From Candidatus Magasanikbacteria bacterium UBA922 (GTDB taxonomy: Bacteria > Patescibacteriota > Patescibacteriia > Magasanikbacterales > UBA922): 64,000 bases of DNA. Location: positions 3,314 through 67,313 of the forward strand of contig DBDW01000001.1 of NCBI GenBank assembly GCA_002293825.1, in the 5' to 3' direction. The notes under the pieces are model-generated. The model had not been told where the DNA came from and made no database searches. It worked only from the letters and a program-made list of their open reading frames with translations. This document shows positions 19,244-28,889 of this stretch, in pieces (position 1 is the stretch's first letter; every line of letters begins with the position of its first letter). The translations under genes and the position numbers were made by a program.

Positions 19244-19636
19244 TTATACTAATTTAATAAGTTTTCCTTTTCGCTTCACGATATGTTTGTAATCCCACTG
19301 AATCGTCTTCGACTTCTTGAGCCAGCGCCTCAGATCACTCACCTTAATTTCTTCGAGTGAATTATAGAAAATTGACGCATCTTTGAATTTCTTGCCGACC
19401 ACACTGAGTCCTGGTTCATCAAAACTTTTTCCACTCCAAAACATGAGACGTATTCCTGGCTTCTGCTTGCTATAGCCGACAATCGGATTACCGTCGAGAA
19501 ACCATACGGGATGCCGATGCCAGATTTTATACTCGGCATTCGGCAGACCTCTGCTAAGTTCTTCTGCCAAGAAGTTGCATATCTTCTTTTCTTCTGCAGT
19601 GAATGTGGCGCTGTAGTGTAGAATTTCTTTTTTCAT
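19244..19636 (-). CDS. DUF1801 (YdhG-like) protein
   Basis: KIWH.HPVWFLDGNPIVGYS...LMFWSG. Confidence 0.8.
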   Translation of the reverse strand: MKKEILHYSATFTAEEKKICNFLAEELSRGLPNAEYKIWHRHPVWFLDGNPIVGYSKQKPGIRLMFWSGKSFDEPGLSVVGKKFKDASIFYNSLEEIKVSDLRRWLKKSKTIQWDYKHIVKRKGKLIKLV

Positions 19637-19646
19637 AACATTCTGA

Positions 19647-20024
19647 TCAAAACCTTGCAGACAATATTTCTACAGGCTGATCACTCGTGCGTTTGAATTT
19701 TATCGTATCTACCAATTTATACCGTAAAAAAGTTGGAATTTCCATATCTTCTTCACGATATCTCCCTACCCCAGAAAATACATACGCATACACTTCTCCA
19801 CCATGTGGACCAAGCACAATAGGCACACCTTTCTTTGTTTTTTTCACTGGTTTCTCCAATCTCGGTGGATATGCATACCCTTTGATCTCTGGAGATACGT
19901 CTTTTCCTTCATTCACATCTTTTCCATCAATCGCAAATATCACTTCGACAAAATCAGAACTCCGATTTGCAAAATTGATCACTTTTCGTCCTTCTATCTC
20001 TATAATTGAAAGTTGGTATTCCAT
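19647..20024 (-). CDS. Hypothetical protein
   Basis: 125-aa ORF tightly packed in the operon downstream of the FtsZ-like gene. Confidence 0.6.
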   Translation of the reverse strand: MEYQLSIIEIEGRKVINFANRSSDFVEVIFAIDGKDVNEGKDVSPEIKGYAYPPRLEKPVKKTKKGVPIVLGPHGGEVYAYVFSGVGRYREEDMEIPTFLRYKLVDTIKFKRTSDQPVEILSARF

Positions 20025-20037
20025 AGAATATATATAA

Positions 20038-20952
20038 CTATGCTCCGATTAATACAATTTTCACTTTGTTTCCCAATTTCTGATCAGACACCACCCCAAA
20101 GAGTATTCGTGCATTCTGATCCACCTGACCTGCGATATAATTCCCTACTGCAGACACACTCTCCATGAGCACCTCACGACCCGCATAAATCACATACAGT
20201 ACGCGCTTCATCTGTGACACCTCGGGCGCTCTCAATGCAGGATGTACAAATAAGGTATCTGTAATCGATGCAATATTTGATTCATCACTCTCAACACTAT
20301 GAAAAAACAATGATCCTGCCGACTGAATCGTAGTTTTCAAATCCGCAAAATCAATATTGATAAGTCCATGCGTATCGACAATATCAAGAATCATGCTGAT
20401 GGCCTGCTCGATCACCCGATTCACTTGCATCAATCCTTCAGATGCGCTCGCCATACCAAGTACACGCGCACTATCGACCACGATCATCCCATCTACTGCG
20501 CCAGACACAATCGCACTCGCTCGATCTACCAAATCCTGTCGAGTAGCTCCTTCGAATGGAAATGCGGTCCTGCCCACAAAACACGTAAGTATTCCCTGTG
20601 CACGTGCCAAATTCGCCACCTCAGCCACCTGATACGCATTTGATTCGGTCGCCAGATTCCCCACGAGAAATACCATATCCGCCCCCGAGAGCACACCACG
20701 TACCTCACGCTCGACCGTAGCCATCACTTCTCGCGCTCCAGCTACGGGATCATTCGATACGAGGCTCATATACGGAACCTCGATTTTCGTAGTGATGTGT
20801 GGTGCATGTGCGAGTGCACTCGGTAGCCCGATTGACACGAGCTCGATCGTACGAGATGCCAGATGATACAGGCGATCGATAATCAGAGCTCCCTGCCCAC
20901 CGATAGAGATGATACGAATACGTGGATGTGATGAAGATTTTTTTGGAGGCAT
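20038..20952 (-). CDS. Divergent FtsZ-like protein lacking the tubulin signature motif
   Basis: IRIISIGGQG, GADMVF, FPFEG..R, GLINIDFADL, ARILFG...KIVLIG are collinear with FtsZ; GGGTGTG replaced by NLATESN. Confidence 0.85.
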   Translation of the reverse strand: MPPKKSSSHPRIRIISIGGQGALIIDRLYHLASRTIELVSIGLPSALAHAPHITTKIEVPYMSLVSNDPVAGAREVMATVEREVRGVLSGADMVFLVGNLATESNAYQVAEVANLARAQGILTCFVGRTAFPFEGATRQDLVDRASAIVSGAVDGMIVVDSARVLGMASASEGLMQVNRVIEQAISMILDIVDTHGLINIDFADLKTTIQSAGSLFFHSVESDESNIASITDTLFVHPALRAPEVSQMKRVLYVIYAGREVLMESVSAVGNYIAGQVDQNARILFGVVSDQKLGNKVKIVLIGA

Positions 20953-21054
20953 AGTAGGATGATTCAAGAATAGTGCGATACTGTGTACTATATCACAGCA
21001 CACACATGAGACAAAAAAATCGAACAGTTTTAGTGTTCGATGTGTAGACTCTAC

Positions 21055-21151
21055 TGTCATTCTGAGCCGAATGCACCTGAGGCGAAGAATCCCTTCACGA
21101 ATGATATACACAACAATATTCAAGGGATCCTTCACTGCGTTCAGGATGACA
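21055..21151. repeat. REP-like palindromic miniature element
   Basis: TGTCATTCTGAGC...GAAGAATCCCTT / AAGGGATCCTTC...GTTCAGGATGACA inverted arms. Confidence 0.7.
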
Positions 21152-21878
21152 CACTTTCCTTTTGTTTTTTTCTCAACACTCCTTCTATCTTCTGCACCAC
21201 ATCTGATGAAAGCTTCTCTACCTCATTATCAAGTATTGTTTTTCTCAGCCATTTTTTTCCAACCACACGCACACCTTTCACATCATTATTTCCGAAACGT
21301 ATTCGCGCCGAGTGAGAACTGAACACAATAATCGGTTTTACAAAATACTCTTCCTTGAGCTCAGATAGTAAAAACGCATGCACATCCACAGCCTCACTCA
21401 TGACCTGAGATAAAATATTTTTCTCAAGCCTACTGCCATCTCTGGCAAGCTCATCACCATCATATCCAATACTTCCTTTATAACTCTTCGCATCAATCGC
21501 GAATACACCCGTCGGACCGACCACCACAAAATCAACATCACAATTCTCTCTAAATTTTAAACCATGAAACACAATATATTCATTTGGAAGTTGCGCAAGA
21601 ATTCTACGAACAACCATCTCACCATCTTGTCCATTCAGTGCACTAAAAAACCCAGTCCTACTTCTATCAATTAGAATAAATAATAATTTGAATAAGCCTA
21701 TCCACGCTAGTAATAAAATTAGAGAAACCCACCATAGCAACACAAAAAATAATCGAATATAGTAAAAATAAATAAGTAACAAAATTACCGTTGCCCCAAC
21801 AGCGCTTAAGAAGCGAAAACGATTTTTCTCTTTTTTATCTATTATATATTCACTCTCACCTCCGTATACTTTTGCCAT
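21141..21878 (-). CDS. NERD-domain nuclease with N-terminal transmembrane segments
   Basis: GQDGE..V, DVDFVVVGPTGVFAIDAKSY; two hydrophobic helices. Confidence 0.85.
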   Translation of the reverse strand: MAKVYGGESEYIIDKKEKNRFRFLSAVGATVILLLIYFYYIRLFFVLLWWVSLILLLAWIGLFKLLFILIDRSRTGFFSALNGQDGEMVVRRILAQLPNEYIVFHGLKFRENCDVDFVVVGPTGVFAIDAKSYKGSIGYDGDELARDGSRLEKNILSQVMSEAVDVHAFLLSELKEEYFVKPIIVFSSHSARIRFGNNDVKGVRVVGKKWLRKTILDNEVEKLSSDVVQKIEGVLRKKQKESVSS

Positions 21879-21882
21879 AGTA

Positions 21883-22632
21883 CTATACTATAAGATTATT
21901 TCTAGCTTCGACATATCGACACCAATCGCAGCTCTTCCCTGTCTCTGGGATCGTGTCACTCTCGAGACATTTTTTTATTTTCAGCAGTGTCGGCTCGACC
22001 CATGAATCGTCGCCCGTATATGGAATAAGATTCACATCAAATTCTATGCGTTTATCAAATGCTTCTCGATCCATTTTTCCCGTACAGTACACAAAATATC
22101 CGGTATCAGAAACCAGCAAACCATTCTGTCGCAAGAGCCACTGATACACTTCCATCTGTCGCTTGTAGCCATCTTGCCATTCTTTGTCGAGTTCGGTCAC
22201 CGCTTCCTCTTTTGCAGTAGCCTTGTAATCGACGACAATATATTCATCTGCGCCGGTGATCCAGAGATCATCGATCGCACCCGAGACCAGAAGTCCAGTC
22301 GGCTCGTGCAGATATTTCATTCCGCCAAAATTATATCTCCACTCATCGAGCTCATCGTGTGCCACGGGTCGAGCATCAATCCCATACTCTTTCTGCAATG
22401 GATGCTGTTCACCTCGCACCCGATGTGCGTCGAATTCTTGTTTTAATAAATGATCGACTGCACTATTGATGGAAAACGGAAACCCGGGGACGCGCTTCAC
22501 ACCAAGCTTATTATCAATATAGAAACAACGCGGACACTCAAGAAACAGATCAATCTTTGATCTGCTCAGTTTCCAATTGTTTCCGCCGTAGTTCCAGGCG
22601 TCGCCTCGAGTAGGGTTGTAGAAGGTGGACAT
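21883..22632 (-). CDS. PD-(D/E)XK nuclease, Cas4/AddB-like with Cys cluster
   Basis: LSRSK...CPRC, GAIDD, VVDYK, QMEVY, C-terminal CDWCRY. Confidence 0.88.
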   Translation of the reverse strand: MSTFYNPTRGDAWNYGGNNWKLSRSKIDLFLECPRCFYIDNKLGVKRVPGFPFSINSAVDHLLKQEFDAHRVRGEQHPLQKEYGIDARPVAHDELDEWRYNFGGMKYLHEPTGLLVSGAIDDLWITGADEYIVVDYKATAKEEAVTELDKEWQDGYKRQMEVYQWLLRQNGLLVSDTGYFVYCTGKMDREAFDKRIEFDVNLIPYTGDDSWVEPTLLKIKKCLESDTIPETGKSCDWCRYVEARNNLIV

Positions 22633-22643
22633 ACAAAATATTC

Positions 22644-23450
22644 TTACTTTTTTTCAATTTTTTTATTTTTACTGCGACGTATTCTAGTTTCGGCTTTCCC
22701 TACACCATCCACAGTTGGCAGTTCTTCAGGCATAGTACCGCCCAATTCTTCGATCGTTTTTCTCACTTTTTGTCCCACATGATAATGTGTCAAATTCGCA
22801 TTCATTTCTCCCTGCACACTTTCTCTCCTCAATTTTGCGTCTGCTTGAGTAGCACGAAATAAATTTGCAGCCAGCTCTTCACTGCCCATGTGATCGAGAA
22901 TCTTTTGAGATTTCTTCAATTGTTTTCTCTGATGAATATCTGAAGCATCCAATCCACCATACAAACCCTTATATCCATAATTCTGAAATCTCCCATAGTT
23001 TGTCACACCAGCTCCTTCTGCTGCTTCAAGTAACGAAGCATTGTGTTTCTTTACCTCATCTCGCAACCTCACACGTTTTTGATCTTCGAGAAGTGCATCA
23101 GAAACTTCTTGTTTTCGAGTTTGAATAGCAAAATATGTTTGACCCAATGCCACGATTTCCTTACTTGGATCAGAATTCTGAATAATCAGATAACAGCCAT
23201 AGCGTGATAGATGTATAGTATCAATACGTCTCTCGGCACCAGACCCGATCATGACCATTTCGTCCACATGGGAAAAATGGTTGTGGATATCTTGACCACT
23301 ATTCTTGCACGCTTCCTTTGCTTTCTCAATTACATTCAAAAATTTGCTATAGTTAGGATATTCTAAGACCTTTGCCAAATCACGGGAAGACCAATACTCA
23401 CCCCCGTATTCATTAACTTTTTTTAAGCGCTCGAATGCATTATGTACCAT
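22644..23450 (-). CDS. dinD: DNA damage-inducible protein D (Bro-N domain)
   Basis: EYWSSRDL, LSRYGCYLI.QN.DP.K..VA.GQTYFAIQTR, ILDHMGSEELAANLFRATQ, LGGTMPEELP. Confidence 0.92.
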   Translation of the reverse strand: MVHNAFERLKKVNEYGGEYWSSRDLAKVLEYPNYSKFLNVIEKAKEACKNSGQDIHNHFSHVDEMVMIGSGAERRIDTIHLSRYGCYLIIQNSDPSKEIVALGQTYFAIQTRKQEVSDALLEDQKRVRLRDEVKKHNASLLEAAEGAGVTNYGRFQNYGYKGLYGGLDASDIHQRKQLKKSQKILDHMGSEELAANLFRATQADAKLRRESVQGEMNANLTHYHVGQKVRKTIEELGGTMPEELPTVDGVGKAETRIRRSKNKKIEKK

Positions 23451-23544
23451 ATACCCCTCCTTAATTAGTGAATAAAATTATGTAATATTTTAGAATTCTC
23501 TATCTTTTATTTCCCTGACTTCGTTCAATTATATTGCTTATATA

Positions 23545-23611
23545 TTATCTTACAATTTCCCCATCAATAGTTCCAGTCTGCGCCTCGAGTAGGGTTGTAG
23601 AAGGCAGACAT
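23545..23611 (-). pseudogene. Degenerate duplicate of the 5' end of the 21883..22632 nuclease gene
   Basis: MSAFYNPTRGADWNY*WGNCKI versus MSTFYNPTRGDAWNYGGNNWKL; shared nt core CGCCTCGAGTAGGGTTGTAGAAGG. Confidence 0.8.
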
Positions 23612-23616
23612 AGGAT

Positions 23617-24015
23617 TTACTTAAGTAGATTCCATGTATCTTTATATTTTAAAATAGCTCCTTTCATGATTCTTTTTTCTTTTTTAAAATGACTAATCAA
23701 TTTAGATAATTCGACACTCGGTACTATATATATTTCAGGCTCAACTGCCAAATCTTCAAATTTATTATTATAAATAACAAAAACTACAAAAAGATCTTTT
23801 TTTACTAAGACATTATTCACCACCAAAGATGAGTACCCTCTCACTGATTTCACATCAATTGATATCGATGTTCCATCCTTTTTTACAACCCTAATGTCAA
23901 TGCTCTTCTTGTTACCTTGACTAATATAGGCTTCCATTCCCAATCTATACAACTTTGATAACACTAAATACTCACTTGCAATACCGGTATCGAAGGTATT
24001 TCTTCTTGGTGGCAT
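23617..24015 (-). CDS. Small PD-(D/E)XK restriction-endonuclease-like protein
   Basis: TGIASEY.V...L...G, IDI, IDVKS. Confidence 0.7.
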   Translation of the reverse strand: MPPRRNTFDTGIASEYLVLSKLYRLGMEAYISQGNKKSIDIRVVKKDGTSISIDVKSVRGYSSLVVNNVLVKKDLFVVFVIYNNKFEDLAVEPEIYIVPSVELSKLISHFKKEKRIMKGAILKYKDTWNLLK

Positions 24016-24019
24016 AGAT

Positions 24020-24451
24020 TTATTTTTTTAACAATACAAAATATGGTAATTTGTCTAACCCTATATAATTAAACATCCAGTAATTCGCACGTCTCGCTGT
24101 TTCTGATAATTTATGTTTTTTTAAATGGGTCTTTGGAACAAACGGGTAAAATCTAATTTCCTGGTGATTTCCCTCTTTATCTTTCCATTTAAAATTCGCG
24201 ATCAGTGCTGGTGTAATAAAACCAGATTTCAAGACTTTATCCATAATTTCCCATCCTGCACCAAAAATAATTGGTTTTGGTTTACTTTGGTTAGTCTTCA
24301 CTTGTGCACGAAAAGAACAGCCAGTGCATTGCACATCATATAAGGGATAGTTGGGTGGCAAGATCATGAGTTTTTTTGCGCAATTTGGACACGGTACATT
24401 TTCTACCACATCCAATTCACCTGCACGACCGTTTTCTTGATTTTTGGACAT
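24020..24451 (-). CDS. DpnI-like (Dam-replacing family) Zn-finger nuclease, catalytic domain only
   Basis: GE...CPNC...L...N.P..DVQCTGC...QVK, I.GA; too short for the winged-helix domain. Confidence 0.65.
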   Translation of the reverse strand: MSKNQENGRAGELDVVENVPCPNCAKKLMILPPNYPLYDVQCTGCSFRAQVKTNQSKPKPIIFGAGWEIMDKVLKSGFITPALIANFKWKDKEGNHQEIRFYPFVPKTHLKKHKLSETARRANYWMFNYIGLDKLPYFVLLKK

Positions 24452-24467
24452 ATATATAAATAATCTT

Positions 24468-27400
24468 TTATACGCTCTCCCCCGCAAACAACTCAGCCTG
24501 TTTCAATACGGTATCAGTTGCAATTTCTTGCGCATCCGGTGGATAGCCATATTGATTGAGCAAACGCTTAACCATAATACGCATACGCGCACGGGCTGAT
24601 TCTCTTAGACTCCAATCAATTGATGCATTTTCTCGCACGCGTTGTACCAAAATTCGGGCCAGTTCTCTCAAGGTATCGTCACCAAGTACTTTTCCCGCAC
24701 TTTCATTCATTACCAAAGCATCATAGAATGCAATCTCATCTTCAGTCAATCCTAGATTTTCTCCACGCTTATCAGCTTCTTGTACTTCATGCGCGAGCTT
24801 GATCAACTCATCGATTACTTGCGCTGCAGTTAATAAATTATTTTGGTATTTCTTGATTGCCGCATGAAGTATTTCTGAAAACTTTTTGCTCTGTACCGCA
24901 TTCTTTTTTCCTCGTGTTCTGATTTCATCATTTAATATTTTCTTGAGTAATTCAAGCGCAATATTTTGTCGTTTCATGCCGCGAATTTCTTCCAAGAATT
25001 CTTCTGAAAGAATAGAAATATCTGGTTTTTTGATTCCGGCAGCATCAAAAATATCAATCACCCCTTCCGACACCACTGCTTTGTCTACGATTTGTCGGAT
25101 CGTAGTCTCAATATCCATATCTTTTCCTCCCCCATCGCTCGCCAGTTTGGTAAGTCGTGCTTTGACTGCTTGGAAAAAGGCTACTTCATCTCGAATTTCA
25201 ACTGCTCTCAAATTTGGCATCGCAAGCGCAAATAATTTTCCGAGCGCATTCACTTCTGTGACAAATCGTTCTTTGTGATCTAGATTCCCAAGCAAAAAAT
25301 CTTCTACTTCAAGAATCGCAACTAATTTTTGTTTTGCTGTGCCGGTAAAATATTTTGAATAGTCTACATCGTGTAAAATTCCCTGCACAATTTCATATTT
25401 AGCAAGCATGTGCGGCACGGTATCCACTGTCTGATCGGCAATCATACCACCCGTTCCACCACTCTCAGTATAAACAGCAAGCGCTTCCTTGAGATCACTT
25501 GCAATGCCGATATAGTCGACAATGAGACCACCTGGTTTATCCTTAAATACTCGATTCACACGAGCAATCGTCTGCATGAGATTGGCTCCCTGCATAGGCT
25601 TATCAATATACATGGTATGAAGGCAGGGCACATCAAATCCCGTAAGCCACATGTCGCGCACAATCACGAGTTTCAATGGATCTTTAGTATCCTTGAATCT
25701 GGTCGCCAGATCTTTTCGATCTTCTTTGGTGGTATGATGCGGTTGCCAATCGGTCGGATCGGATGAAGATGTAGTCATGACGACTTTAAGTGCCCCCTGT
25801 TTCTTGTCATCACTATGCCATTCTGGTTTTAGTTTTATAATCTCTCGGTAGAGCTCGACTGCAATACGACGACTCATGGCCACAATCATTGCTTTTCCTT
25901 CGAATACTTCTTGTCGTGCTTCAAAATGCGCGACCAGATCACGCGCAATGTCTTGCAATCGTGCATGGTGTCCCACAATTGCCTCAAGCTGTGCCCATTT
26001 TGCTTTCGCTTTTTCGCTCACGGTTGATTCTTCACTTTCGAGTACGGCATCGACTGCACGATCAAGTTCTGCTTTTTTGTTTTCATCAAATCCAATTTTT
26101 ACCAATCGTGATTCGTAACTGATAGGAACCGTCGCCCCATCCACGACTGCTGCCTGGATATCGTAGACATCAACATAATTACCAAAGACTGCGCGAGTAT
26201 TGGCATCATTTTTTTCAATCGGAGTGCCAGTGAACCCGATAAACGACGCATGAGGTAGTGCATCTCGCAGATATTTTGCAAATCCATACGTAGTCTCTGC
26301 ACCCGTTTCAGTTGTTTTCACTTTTGCCCGTAATCCATATTGACTTCGGTGTGCTTCATCGGCCATGACAATAATATTTTCTCGATCCGAGAGTTTGCCA
26401 TACTCAGTCTCCCCTTCAGCCAGTGAAAATTTCTGAATGGTGGTAAATATAATGCCTCCACCTGATGTTGCTAATAGTTTTTTCAAATGTTCACGATTTT
26501 CTGCCTGGACCGGCTCCTGACGCAAGAGTTCGGTCGCTCCGGCGAAGGTATCAAATAATTGTTGATCAAGGTCGTTTCGATCCGTAATCACCACAATTGT
26601 CGGATTATTGAGTCTCTGCACAATCTTTCCTGCATAGAAAACCATGGATAATGATTTTCCTGATCCTTGCGTATGCCATACCACTCCAGCCTTCCGATCA
26701 CCTCGCGTTGCACTCAGTGTAGAATCGAGTGCTTTTTCTACCGCAAAATATTGATGATAGGCTGCAACTTTCTTGATCGTGCGAGTATAGGGCAACCCTG
26801 CATCATCAAATTTTCGTTCTTGTTCGTAGACCGTAAAATTTCGAACGAGATCAAGCAATCGCTCAGGCGTAAGCATTCCCAGTACTAATGTTTCAATCTC
26901 TGGCACCGTACGTTTCTCATCACGTGCTCCATCAATCGATTTCCACGCGAGGAATCGATCAAATCCGCTTGTGATCGTACCCATACGGGCGTCGAGACCG
27001 TCTGAGATGACGAGGATTCCATTGTACGCAAATAAATCAGGAATTGCTGATTGGTAATTGGTAAGCTGAGTAAATGCTTTGTGCACCGTCGCCTCTTCAT
27101 TCTTCGCATCTTTGAGTTCAATCACGACGAGTGGTAATCCGTTTACAAAGAGTACTACATCAGGAATTTTGTCTCGTTCCAGTCCCTTGATATAGAATTG
27201 ATTAGTTGCAAGCACATCATTATGTGACACCTGCTCCCAATCAATCACCCGCACTTCCCGTCCGCGCATATGTCCCTCTTCAAGAATTTCTACGGTTACT
27301 CCTTCTACGAGCAGGCGATGTACCGCACGATTATTTTCTACGATATTGTCGGTCTGGGTAGCAGTATGAATAATCTGATTCACTGCAAAGTTTCTCGCTT

Positions 27401-27575
27401 CTTCGGGGATATCAGGATTGAGCCGAGCGATTGCAGTGACCAGTCGATCACGAAGTATTACCTGCGAGAGATCCGGTCGCTCGGGTTCGAGTGCCTCGGG
27501 ACTGAGGTATGAAAAACCTGCTTCGCGGAGAAGGTCGAGGGTGAGTTGTTCGATTGAGGATTCGTTGAGGGTCAT
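24468..27575 (-). CDS. hsdR: Type I restriction enzyme R subunit
   Basis: [51 protein letters not shown]. Confidence 0.97.
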   Translation of the reverse strand: MTLNESSIEQLTLDLLREAGFSYLSPEALEPERPDLSQVILRDRLVTAIARLNPDIPEEARNFAVNQIIHTATQTDNIVENNRAVHRLLVEGVTVEILEEGHMRGREVRVIDWEQVSHNDVLATNQFYIKGLERDKIPDVVLFVNGLPLVVIELKDAKNEEATVHKAFTQLTNYQSAIPDLFAYNGILVISDGLDARMGTITSGFDRFLAWKSIDGARDEKRTVPEIETLVLGMLTPERLLDLVRNFTVYEQERKFDDAGLPYTRTIKKVAAYHQYFAVEKALDSTLSATRGDRKAGVVWHTQGSGKSLSMVFYAGKIVQRLNNPTIVVITDRNDLDQQLFDTFAGATELLRQEPVQAENREHLKKLLATSGGGIIFTTIQKFSLAEGETEYGKLSDRENIIVMADEAHRSQYGLRAKVKTTETGAETTYGFAKYLRDALPHASFIGFTGTPIEKNDANTRAVFGNYVDVYDIQAAVVDGATVPISYESRLVKIGFDENKKAELDRAVDAVLESEESTVSEKAKAKWAQLEAIVGHHARLQDIARDLVAHFEARQEVFEGKAMIVAMSRRIAVELYREIIKLKPEWHSDDKKQGALKVVMTTSSSDPTDWQPHHTTKEDRKDLATRFKDTKDPLKLVIVRDMWLTGFDVPCLHTMYIDKPMQGANLMQTIARVNRVFKDKPGGLIVDYIGIASDLKEALAVYTESGGTGGMIADQTVDTVPHMLAKYEIVQGILHDVDYSKYFTGTAKQKLVAILEVEDFLLGNLDHKERFVTEVNALGKLFALAMPNLRAVEIRDEVAFFQAVKARLTKLASDGGGKDMDIETTIRQIVDKAVVSEGVIDIFDAAGIKKPDISILSEEFLEEIRGMKRQNIALELLKKILNDEIRTRGKKNAVQSKKFSEILHAAIKKYQNNLLTAAQVIDELIKLAHEVQEADKRGENLGLTEDEIAFYDALVMNESAGKVLGDDTLRELARILVQRVRENASIDWSLRESARARMRIMVKRLLNQYGYPPDAQEIATDTVLKQAELFAGESV

Positions 27576-27576
27576 A

Positions 27577-28884
27577 TTATTTCATTTTAACAATCAAATC
27601 TAATACCTTCTTAAAGGTTTCACTATCAGGCAACAGATCTTGCAACGTTTTAACCTCTTCCAAAAAATCAGTGCCATCTTTTTTATTTCTTGACTTGTCC
27701 AACTTCTCTTTTGCATTAGCAACCTCTTCATAAGGTGATTGATAAAGCAAACACAAATTATCTGAAATAAATTTAACTATATCAACTTTAGTCTCAGGTA
27801 ATTTACTCTTAACACTAACGTTTACAACATCTTCTAACAAAAACTTCGTGTGATTTCTTATTACAGCCGCGATTACAGCCTTAGAGGCATATTTTTCATT
27901 AAGTTTTCTCTCGTGACTATACTGTTTTGCAGCCAAACCAACTAAAAACAATAGTGGTGATGTTAGTGTTAATCTATATAATGTCGTTTCTATTCCAGGA
28001 TGACTATCCCTATGAAATAAAATAAACAACATAATGGAGAGTAAAATTATACCTAGAACAAAAACACCCAACCAAATCAAAGAACTTATACGTAATAATT
28101 TTTCTCTCTTTTGAAAAGAATTTGCAAAACCTGTATCTGTGATCAAAGCTGTGATTTTTTCAACTTCTGACTTATTAGTATTTATCTCTTTAAGCCCTTG
28201 CTCAGACTCGTCTTTCATTTTTAAAACAGTATCCTTTACTTGTTTTATATCTTCAACTAGTTTAGCTGATTGATCACGAAAAGATTTTATTTCAACCAAC
28301 AAAGCATTCGATTGTTTCTGCAAGTCGACTGACTGATTAAGGATTGCTTGAAGCCCGTTATTAGTATCATTTATTTTAGCATTAACAGCAACAAAATCTT
28401 CATAAGCTTTTTGAATTTGGGAAATCTTATTTTGTATCTCAACAAATTGTTTTTCAATCTCAGCTAAACTTTGCTGAGATTTAGTCTTTATATTTTCGAC
28501 ATCTCCCTTAAAACTTGCCGCGGTGGAAACCAAAGCTTCGACCTCACTATTACGTCCTTCAATTTTTCCTTTAATATTCTCTATCTTTTGTAAAAATTCA
28601 TCAATTTTCTCTACATTTGGACGAGCTTGCTCAACATTATTTTTTATTTCTGATAAATATGTGTTGACTTTTTCTTTAATATTTTCAATTACTACCAATC
28701 TCTCACGAGAATCATTTGATATTTTTTCAATATCAATATTTCTAGTCTCGACTGCTTTAAATGCAGCATCATATCGAACACTAAGTGTATTAATTTCATC
28801 AAGTAAATTTTTTGCTTTCTTATATTGATTTCTTAACTCTTGTAATTCTTGTTGAGTAATGTTTTGACTATTTGTATCATCCAT
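27577..28884 (-). CDS. Coiled-coil protein with two C-proximal TM helices, between hsdS and hsdR
   Basis: ~260 aa of heptad-like sequence, then [22 protein letters not shown] and [14 protein letters not shown]; very AT-rich. Confidence 0.75.
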   Translation of the reverse strand: MDDTNSQNITQQELQELRNQYKKAKNLLDEINTLSVRYDAAFKAVETRNIDIEKISNDSRERLVVIENIKEKVNTYLSEIKNNVEQARPNVEKIDEFLQKIENIKGKIEGRNSEVEALVSTAASFKGDVENIKTKSQQSLAEIEKQFVEIQNKISQIQKAYEDFVAVNAKINDTNNGLQAILNQSVDLQKQSNALLVEIKSFRDQSAKLVEDIKQVKDTVLKMKDESEQGLKEINTNKSEVEKITALITDTGFANSFQKREKLLRISSLIWLGVFVLGIILLSIMLFILFHRDSHPGIETTLYRLTLTSPLLFLVGLAAKQYSHERKLNEKYASKAVIAAVIRNHTKFLLEDVVNVSVKSKLPETKVDIVKFISDNLCLLYQSPYEEVANAKEKLDKSRNKKDGTDFLEEVKTLQDLLPDSETFKKVLDLIVKMK

Positions 28885-28889
28885 ACTTT

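Noticed and set aside
20953-21135. N-terminal extension of the FtsZ-like ORF, and similar extensions of rpsL, pyrB, queA, hsdM, valS and gpmI in the ORF track
   Set aside because: They run through promoter or repeat DNA and lack family similarity; downstream ATGs fit better
21883-22632. CRISPR-Cas locus suggested by the Cas4-like nuclease
   Set aside because: No repeat-spacer array or other cas genes; solo PD-(D/E)XK nucleases are common
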